32,000 nucleotides of DNA from positions 509,789-541,788 of the forward strand of contig JAMWCX010000001.1 in assembly GCA_023818895.1 (NCBI GenBank), in the 5' to 3' direction. The first letter of the stretch is position 1. Each line of letters opens with the position of its first letter. Positions 25,790-32,000 of the stretch are shown here, in pieces. A program made the position numbers and the translations under genes. Origin of the DNA: Candidatus Omnitrophota bacterium. GTDB lineage: Bacteria; Omnitrophota; Gorgyraeia; 2-01-FULL-45-10. Under the pieces are notes generated by a model, which worked only from the letters and a program-made list of their open reading frames with translations, ran no database searches and was not told where the DNA came from.

Positions 25790-26752
25790 CTATATATTTT
25801 CTTTCGCCGAATCTTCTTTTACTATAAATATGGGGCGCTTTTTTGTCTGCTCATAAATTCGTCCGACGTATTCCCCCAGTACTCCTACGGCCATAAGTTG
25901 GACGCTGCCCAAAAAACAGACTGCCATTATAAGATCTGTCCATCCGGGCGGCATCGGTATGCGCACTATTCTCAGAATTTTCAGGATCCATATGCCAATA
26001 ACTATCATAAGGTAGAGCGAGGAAAAGAAAAATATTATAAGCGAGAAGAGCATTATAAGGTGGAGCGGATACCTGCCGAATGAGAATATGCCGTCGAGCG
26101 CCAGATGATATAGACTCCTGTAAGAAAATTTCGGCTTTCCGGCATGTCGCTTTTCTACATTGTACGGTATCCCCTCCTGTCTGAAGCCGAGCCACCTTAC
26201 CTGACCTCTAAGGAACTTATGGCACTCCGGCATATCTAGGATAAGTTTCAATATTTTTTTGTCGATCAGCCTGAAATCGGACTGGCCGAACTCAAGAGAA
26301 AGCCCTGAGATCTTCGATATGAACCAGTACGAAGCCCTTACTATAAAACCCTTTATCGGGTCGATGTTTGCATCCTGTTTAGTGGTATAAACCACGTCCA
26401 CCCCCTCACGCCAGCGCTTCACCATCTCCGGGATCAGCGAAGGCGGATGCTGCAGGTCGGCATCCATCGTTATTATGGCGTCACCTTCTGCCTTACCCAG
26501 CCCGGCAAAAAGCGCGACCTGGTGGCCGAAGTTCCGCGAAAAAGAGAGATACCGAACATTGGGATCTGCTGCGCGAACCTTTTTTACGACGTCGAGAGAT
26601 CCATCCGAACTGCCATCGTCAACAAAGATCATTTCGTAGTCAAGATTAGCCTGATGACATACCTCGCGGACTTGGTTATAAAGCTCTTCTATATTATCTT
26701 TTTCGTTAAATACCGGAAATACTATAGAAATTCTTGTTTTTTTCTCTGTCAT
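25790..26752 (-). CDS. Polyprenyl-phosphate glycosyltransferase, GT2 (ArnC/GtrB/FlmF2-like) with two C-terminal TM helices
   Basis: ISIVFPVFNEKDNIEEL, FVDDGSSDGS, TMDADLQHPP. Two C-terminal helices end in GEYVGRIYEQTKKRPIFIV, the characteristic ArnC/GtrB tail. The track start (26872) overlaps the upstream gene. I prefer ATG at 26752 (MTEKKTRISIVFPVFNE), with AAAGG upstream. ATG at 26782 is an alternative. Confidence 0.9.
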   Translation of the reverse strand: MTEKKTRISIVFPVFNEKDNIEELYNQVREVCHQANLDYEMIFVDDGSSDGSLDVVKKVRAADPNVRYLSFSRNFGHQVALFAGLGKAEGDAIITMDADLQHPPSLIPEMVKRWREGVDVVYTTKQDANIDPIKGFIVRASYWFISKISGLSLEFGQSDFRLIDKKILKLILDMPECHKFLRGQVRWLGFRQEGIPYNVEKRHAGKPKFSYRSLYHLALDGIFSFGRYPLHLIMLFSLIIFFFSSLYLMIVIGIWILKILRIVRIPMPPGWTDLIMAVCFLGSVQLMAVGVLGEYVGRIYEQTKKRPIFIVKEDSAKENI

Positions 26753-26795
26753 ATATAATGAGCCTTTCGGTTTAGATAACATTACAAAAACGAGT

Positions 26796-28208
26796 TTACG
26801 ATTCTGAAAATAGCCGTCGATAATCAACAAGGGAGTGCGCCAACCCGAACCTTGTGCGTATTTCTGATGCATCTACCGTAACGCGGAAAGATTGCAGCAG
26901 CTCATTCGATAATTTATCATACGCAACATGCTTCACGCCGCTGATACCATCTAGGTCAACATAGGAAGAATAGTCGGGGTGTTTCAACTGCACAACCGGA
27001 CGGCCCATCAAAAGCGCCTCTTCCATCACCGTCGTGCTCATCCCGATAACAATTTTAGCACCGGCTAGGTCTGAATATAAAGGATCGCCATTTGACACGG
27101 TAATCATACCGCTAACCTTGCCGCGATCTACCCATCTCTTCAACTTTCTGTTAAGATCCGCATGTGAATGCATCCTTAATCGGAGCCGCACCGGCAAACC
27201 ACCTTTATTAACTAACTGGCGCAATGAACTTACAACGGCCTCGTTATCAAAACGCGCGAGTCCAGAAACAAACAGATAATATCCGTTATCCTGATCGACC
27301 GGTCCAGGCTCAACAGACTTCCATTCTTTATACCGGCAACTGCACCCCATCAGAAACGTGGTATTTGGAAAATACGGCGCCAAAAGATCAACAACTCTCC
27401 TCTCAAATGCATAAAAAACATCGGGTAACATCAGACCCTGTGCTATCTCTTCCGGATAGGGAAAATACCATCGCTTATCACTGGAAACGGACGCGTGCTG
27501 AATGGTGTATGTCCTTATCTTGCGCTTAGATGCAAAACGCCAGACAACTCTCGCATAAGAATGCATCTCGTGGATACACCCGATCTTTTTTATGGGATAC
27601 TGTTCGGTAATCTCGGATAATATGCGCTCGAGATAAAGATTCCTAAGCCATTGCATGCTGAAAACCCAGGAGCACCATTCGAGTAAAATCAATATTTTAC
27701 TGTAAAGTTTTCCGGGTATTTTAAAAAATGCTTCAACGCCGCAGCACATCATAATACCCATTATCCTCAGGGCGCAGAATGCTGATATCGGCACAAACGG
27801 CTTAGCATTAGCACCACAGTGTTGAACTGGGCCGATAACAAGTAAGGCGTCATCATCAGCGGTATCCACATACTTTGTTTTATAGCTGCATTTTCCTGAA
27901 GGATATCCGCATTCAGAGGTGATTATCAATATGCTGTCCTTTATCTTCCCGTACAATCCATACCCCAATCTTGGCGGATGAAATACTCGTAAAAATCCTT
28001 TTAGCATACCTGCTCCTGATAAAAGCAGCAGCTGTAATAATAATTTGAAAGGATGCCGCTGCCTATAGCTACGGTGCCACAGATTGGACGCATCGGGACT
28101 CCTAGTACTTACACTGGATGAAAATACCAACGACACAACGTCTCTAGGCACCAAAGTGGCCACAGTAGCAACAAATCTAGCAGCCAATTGCTCAATATCA
28201 ACTTTCAT
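26796..28208 (-). CDS. Hypothetical 470-aa protein; the C-terminal region weakly resembles the nucleotide-sugar-binding half of GT-B enzymes
   Basis: Long uninterrupted ORF, co-directional and tightly packed. Only AKIVIGMSTTVMEEALLMGRPVVQL looks familiar (GxST...EA...G.PVV, as in GT-B / capsule-synthesis proteins). The N-terminal two thirds match nothing I recognise. Confidence 0.55.
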   Translation of the reverse strand: MKVDIEQLAARFVATVATLVPRDVVSLVFSSSVSTRSPDASNLWHRSYRQRHPFKLLLQLLLLSGAGMLKGFLRVFHPPRLGYGLYGKIKDSILIITSECGYPSGKCSYKTKYVDTADDDALLVIGPVQHCGANAKPFVPISAFCALRIMGIMMCCGVEAFFKIPGKLYSKILILLEWCSWVFSMQWLRNLYLERILSEITEQYPIKKIGCIHEMHSYARVVWRFASKRKIRTYTIQHASVSSDKRWYFPYPEEIAQGLMLPDVFYAFERRVVDLLAPYFPNTTFLMGCSCRYKEWKSVEPGPVDQDNGYYLFVSGLARFDNEAVVSSLRQLVNKGGLPVRLRLRMHSHADLNRKLKRWVDRGKVSGMITVSNGDPLYSDLAGAKIVIGMSTTVMEEALLMGRPVVQLKHPDYSSYVDLDGISGVKHVAYDKLSNELLQSFRVTVDASEIRTRFGLAHSLVDYRRLFSES

Positions 28209-28234
28209 TTACTATATTCCACGAGCCAGAGCTA

Positions 28235-29167
28235 CTACTCTACGATTTCCTGGTAGGTGGTAGAAACCCGTTTGACTCGTTCTGTAATGTCGAATTTCGA
28301 ATTATATATCATGACATTCGATTTATCCATATTCCTCTGGTCGCATTTTTCACAAATCAGTCCGCTGCTCTCAAAATCTCCGGTAGTATGGCAATGAACT
28401 ATCTTTTTATAAATAGGCGAATCAAATATCTCCCTCAAGGTCTGACTCTTTAGGTCCCCTAGCGTAAGCTTGCCATTAAAATCAAAACAACACATATTAA
28501 CGGTTCCGTCTACCTGTATTTGAAGCGGCCCCTTGAATGGCCTACCGCATGTAGGCACTAATTTATCTTGCACCTTTCTGTATTCTTTACCATATACCCA
28601 ATTATGCGGTCTCCATACCTCTATTAGATCTGCTTTATCTTTCCAGTATTCAATCCATTGTTTTTCATCATCTTCATTAACGCCTTTTTCTACATTGTAA
28701 GTTAATAATATCTTTGTATTCCTGCGTGCCCGGCATATCTCTGTTAAGGTATTCTTAATATTATTAAACGCATAAGGATCCTCTATGCCGTGGATCTTAT
28801 TATAAACAGTAGGGGAATTTCCGTAGAAGCTTACCCTTATAGATATAACACCGAGATCGTTAAATTGTCGAAACTTTTCCATAGTCAATAATGAAGCGTT
28901 GGTCAAAATAAGGGCTTTCATGCCTCTTTTAGTGGCATACTCTATTTTTTGAATCAGCGTAGGATCTAGCATTGGCTCGCCAAATCCCGAAAAGGTGCAA
29001 GCACTATACTGATCTGTCTCGTTAGTTATCCTATCCAACAAGAATTTAAAAGTCTCGAGACTCATTAACTCCAGGCGTCGCATAAGAGCCCTACGGCAGC
29101 ATATGGTGCAATTGTAATTACAATTAGTGGTAACCTCAAACCTTATTTCGCTGTTTTTTGGTATCAT
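28235..29167 (-). CDS. Radical SAM enzyme with SPASM/twitch-type auxiliary cluster domain
   Basis: EVTTNCNYNCTIC (CxxxCxxC), FSGFGEPML. C-terminal CGRPFKGPLQIQVDGTVNMCC (C-x13-G-x4-C) and CEKC. GGGGTGA lies 8 nt upstream of the ATG. Confidence 0.85.
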   Translation of the reverse strand: MIPKNSEIRFEVTTNCNYNCTICCRRALMRRLELMSLETFKFLLDRITNETDQYSACTFSGFGEPMLDPTLIQKIEYATKRGMKALILTNASLLTMEKFRQFNDLGVISIRVSFYGNSPTVYNKIHGIEDPYAFNNIKNTLTEICRARRNTKILLTYNVEKGVNEDDEKQWIEYWKDKADLIEVWRPHNWVYGKEYRKVQDKLVPTCGRPFKGPLQIQVDGTVNMCCFDFNGKLTLGDLKSQTLREIFDSPIYKKIVHCHTTGDFESSGLICEKCDQRNMDKSNVMIYNSKFDITERVKRVSTTYQEIVE

Positions 29168-29183
29168 TGTCTATTCACCCCAT

Positions 29184-30689
29184 TTAATGCGATTTAAACA
29201 CTTTATGCAATAAGGCAAAAAGCCAGTCTCTCCACCTCCCGCTCTTTTCACAGAGTCTCACCAGAGGATAAAGAACCTTGGGACTCTTACGATATAGGCT
29301 GAACGTCTTTGCCAGACCAACAATCTCAGATGGCGACAGCTGAGGCATGTTCAAGCAGGTCTTTGTATAATCATAATTCTCACAATCATTTTTCATGAAC
29401 CCTGCCTTAACCGCCATATCTCTTATAGAAGTACCTTCCCACGGTTGAAGTATCATAACACTTGAGTTCTGTGCCCTCGCCTTTCTGTTAAGCTCGATTG
29501 TCTGAAAAACATCTTCTCTAGTTTCAAAAGGTATACCCAACATATTCAAAGTACTCGTCCTTATACCGTGCTTATTTAGGATAGATATTCCTTCTATTAT
29601 CTGATCATTTGTCATATTTCTATTTAAAATTTCCCTGCGTATACGTTCATTTCCCGACTCAATTCCAGCAGATACGTTAACACAACCCATCTCTTTTAGA
29701 AGCCGCGCCTTACGATCTGTCACTGTATCTAATCGTGCGGTAATAAGAAAAGGCAGGCCTATTCTCTTATAGCTTTCGGCAAACTGCTCCAACTCATCCT
29801 CTGTATATAGGAAAAACTCCTCATCCCAGAACTTCAACATCTCCAAATTATATCTTTCTTTGAGAGTTGCTATCTCATCTATCGCGCGAGGTATAGTCTT
29901 TTTGCGGAAATAGCGCCCCTTTCCTTTGTATAGCTGCTGCAATCGTTCATTAATACAATAGGAGCATCTATGGGGGCAGCCTCGCGAGAGCTCCAGATGG
30001 CCGTATCGATATACTTTACCGCAAAACGGTTTGAAAAAATGTCGCTTATCATAAAGGCTCCAATCCGGGAACGGAAGCGTATCAAGGTCTTCAAGCGGCC
30101 CGATTTCGTTCTTAACGACTCCGGAAGATGTCTTTACCCAAAGATTAGGAATTCTGTCATATGGCCTTCCTTCCTCAAGGCTAACACATAAATTACGGAA
30201 TGGCGTCTCCCCCTCGCCGATGCAAACAATATCAATATTTTTGTTATCGATAAACTTTTCAGGATTCATAGTCACGCATTTGCCGCCAACAGCCACTACA
30301 CTATCCTTATCCGAAATGCTGTTTATAATCTCAATTGCAAGCGGATAGTTATAGGCGGTCGGAATGGTAACTGCAATAAGCCGGGGATTATATTGCTTCA
30401 CTTTAGTATTGAAATCGCGGAGATAATCACGCGATTCCCTAATAACTCCAAATTTTTTCATATCAACTGGGAGAAATTCTCCAACCTTCTCGTTCTTTTT
30501 TCGGTCTTCATACTCAGTGGTCTTATAATAAGTCGTGTCGAATATATCGACTGGGAATTTTTCATTACGAGCTACCGCGATAAGCGATGAAAGTCCAATT
30601 GGGAGGAAGCCCTCAATTCCAGACATTGGATTCACAAATAGTATTTTTGTGGCACGATTTTCAGTTTTTCCCAGTGTAACTTGTCTCAT
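29184..30689 (-). CDS. Cobalamin (B12)-binding-domain radical SAM enzyme (class B), paralog E
   Basis: KILFVNPMSG, IAVTIPTAYN, VGGKCVT, VCIGEGE, LPFPDWS, LSRGCPHRCSYC, GIESGN, LGIPFET. More diverged than paralogs A-D. Confidence 0.88.
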   Translation of the reverse strand: MRQVTLGKTENRATKILFVNPMSGIEGFLPIGLSSLIAVARNEKFPVDIFDTTYYKTTEYEDRKKNEKVGEFLPVDMKKFGVIRESRDYLRDFNTKVKQYNPRLIAVTIPTAYNYPLAIEIINSISDKDSVVAVGGKCVTMNPEKFIDNKNIDIVCIGEGETPFRNLCVSLEEGRPYDRIPNLWVKTSSGVVKNEIGPLEDLDTLPFPDWSLYDKRHFFKPFCGKVYRYGHLELSRGCPHRCSYCINERLQQLYKGKGRYFRKKTIPRAIDEIATLKERYNLEMLKFWDEEFFLYTEDELEQFAESYKRIGLPFLITARLDTVTDRKARLLKEMGCVNVSAGIESGNERIRREILNRNMTNDQIIEGISILNKHGIRTSTLNMLGIPFETREDVFQTIELNRKARAQNSSVMILQPWEGTSIRDMAVKAGFMKNDCENYDYTKTCLNMPQLSPSEIVGLAKTFSLYRKSPKVLYPLVRLCEKSGRWRDWLFALLHKVFKSH

Positions 30690-30730
30690 AATTCGCTTAT
30701 ACTCCCATGCAATAGCGGACTCCTAGATAT

Positions 30731-31693
30731 CTATTTCTGACAAAGCACAGTCACCCGATGGCGAAAAGGTCCTTCAAACCTATGAAAAAATGGCGGTCTT
30801 AAAGAGAGATAGTAACGATAAAATGCGCATTCTTCATCAACGAGGTGCACATCATTTCTATTCCATGGGTATTTTTCAAATTCGATAACTTCACCCCCTG
30901 GAAGTTCTTTTTTTACCCTATTTAAACAATAAAAAAGCGCCCCATCTACCACGTGCGATCGCATATATGCAAAATAACGCATTATAGTTTTGTAATCCAT
31001 TTCTTGCATTGAGGCTATGTTAACTATCAGTCCGAATCTTATATCATTCAACGCCTCAATATTTTCCGATGGACAATAAACAAAATCATATCTCCCCGTT
31101 GAGCAGGTAGCGTTTTCGGGACTAAACACTAAATGATGTCTCGCCTGCCTAAAAATACGCTGTAGATAGATTGCTTGAAAAAGCAGGACTTTTCCAATAT
31201 CAACAAGAACAATAGTCGATCGGGGATAGAGCACCTTAATCATAGCCGAGAGAAAACCATATCCATCACCTATCATAAGTACGGCAATGGAATCTCTCTT
31301 ATCTGCATTAAAATGTTTTAGGATAACATTAAGAGAACAGAGCTGCCTGAAAGATTCATATGAAAGATAGCTATCGACCGCTTTCAACAAGTCACTCGAA
31401 AGCTTCATAAGGTTTTTGATTGCAAAGCGATCGGGTAGGGTTATCAAATATGAGTTGTTGCAAATCATATGGACAATCTTATTAAAGATATGAGTGTTGT
31501 CCATAAGTCCAAAGCCACTACCTCTGAGTACCCGCACATTACCATTATAGTCTATGCTAACTCTTATCCTGGAGCTGTGGTATTTCCAATGAGAAGAAAC
31601 GAAACGCTTGTCCGTATCTTCTCTGCCGTAATACCTATTAAATATTTCGCTAATGATTTTCGGTTCCGGTAATTTATATATATTAAGCTTCAC
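30731..31693 (-). CDS. Putative sugar O-methyltransferase-like protein (atypical Rossmann methyltransferase)
   Basis: SSHWKYHSS near the N-terminus, [15 protein letters not shown] (GxGxG-like motif I), VDIGKVL, IASMQEM. This resembles the family usually annotated as putative sugar O-methyltransferase, a call from memory only. The GTG start at 31693 overlaps the upstream stop (GTGA). Confidence 0.5.
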   Translation of the reverse strand: MKLNIYKLPEPKIISEIFNRYYGREDTDKRFVSSHWKYHSSRIRVSIDYNGNVRVLRGSGFGLMDNTHIFNKIVHMICNNSYLITLPDRFAIKNLMKLSSDLLKAVDSYLSYESFRQLCSLNVILKHFNADKRDSIAVLMIGDGYGFLSAMIKVLYPRSTIVLVDIGKVLLFQAIYLQRIFRQARHHLVFSPENATCSTGRYDFVYCPSENIEALNDIRFGLIVNIASMQEMDYKTIMRYFAYMRSHVVDGALFYCLNRVKKELPGGEVIEFEKYPWNRNDVHLVDEECAFYRYYLSLRPPFFHRFEGPFRHRVTVLCQK

Positions 31694-32000
31694 TCTATCG
31701 TCTTTCTGGAAAAGTCTTTCATATTAGTTTGCATTTCATACAAATGTTTATAGAGGCCCTGTTTCTTCACAAGATCTTTATGCGCACCACTTTCAACCAG
31801 AACACCTTTATCAAGCACAATAATATTATCAGCCTCCATAATCGTTGACAGACGATGCGTAATCGCAACCACAGTTCTGTTCTTTGTCAGACGGTCTATC
31901 GCGCCTTTTATTAAACGCTCCGTTTCCGTATCAAGAGAGCTGGTTGCTTCATCAAGTATAAGGATATCCGGATCGCTGATGATCGCGCGTGCAATAGATA
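31690..32000 (-). CDS. ABC transporter ATP-binding domain, C-terminal part (MsbA/PglK-type exporter); N-terminus lies beyond the window end
   Basis: The frame stays open to the window edge. My translation is [90 protein letters not shown], showing Walker B, D-loop and H-loop of type I ABC exporters. The internal GTG start in the track (31872) is an artefact of window truncation. Confidence 0.9.
   Translation of the reverse strand, partial: SIARAIISDPDILILDEATSSLDTETERLIKGAIDRLTKNRTVVAITHRLSTIMEADNIIVLDKGVLVESGAHKDLVKKQGLYKHLYEMQTNMKDFSRKTIE

Noticed and set aside
25851-26195. Nested minus-strand ORFs in alternative frames (114 aa here; also 14713-14910, 17251-17442, 17324-17560, 21666-21905, 29879-30094)
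   Set aside because: Each is wholly contained in a longer gene with clear family motifs in another frame, and none has an independent signal.
10668-31872. Alternative reading as a RiPP cluster (B12 radical SAM methylases plus SPASM radical SAMs plus ABC exporter, as in proteusin or sactipeptide-like loci)
   Set aside because: No plausible precursor peptide gene, leader-peptidase, RiPP recognition element protein or peptidase-domain transporter is visible. The radical SAM genes are translationally coupled to glycosyltransferase, aminotransferase and GT-C genes. The only small ORF (15987-16274) does not look like a precursor. This cannot be formally excluded without HMM searches.

Overview
The whole 32-kb window is one nearly gap-free array of 29 protein-coding genes, all on the minus strand. 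It reads as a locus for assembling and tailoring a lipid-carrier-linked envelope glycan (O-antigen, capsule or S-layer-glycan type) from an unidentified, moderately AT-rich bacterium. I saw no rRNA, tRNA, CRISPR array, transposase/integrase or long nucleotide repeat. Ordinary parts: an MraY/WecA-family initiating transferase, a Wzy_C (O-antigen ligase/polymerase-like) protein cut by the left edge, and an MsbA/PglK-type ABC exporter cut by the right edge. Also four GT2 and two GT-B glycosyltransferases, two GT-C-like polytopic transferases, a UXS/ArnA-like SDR, a WecE-type sugar aminotransferase, an SGNH hydrolase, a YdjC-type deacetylase and four methyltransferase-like genes. The unusual part is the radical-SAM content: 7 of 29 genes. 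Five are cobalamin-type (class B) enzymes, three of them tandem and translationally coupled at 10668-14798. Two are SPASM/twitch-type. One sub-module (GT2, YdjC deacetylase, methyltransferase, class B radical SAM, GT-C; 20729-26752) resembles both the FlmF2/NaxD/FlmK (LgmA/C/B) hexosamine-transfer logic and the HpnI/HpnK/HpnJ logic of hopanoid cyclitol-ether formation. My best candidate for an undescribed system is therefore radical-SAM tailoring (C-methylation and/or ring rearrangement) of lipid-linked amino sugars. Other points of interest are a glycosyltransferase-DUF218 fusion, a 470-aa orphan protein, a GPT-like motif variant in the initiating transferase, and a single 82-nt intergenic gap carrying a good extended -10 promoter flanked by an SD/anti-SD-like inverted repeat. 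All family calls rest on motifs I recognised by eye in the translations. No database search, HMM or structure prediction was run. Several ORF-track starts were moved to internal starts, justified in each feature's evidence field.
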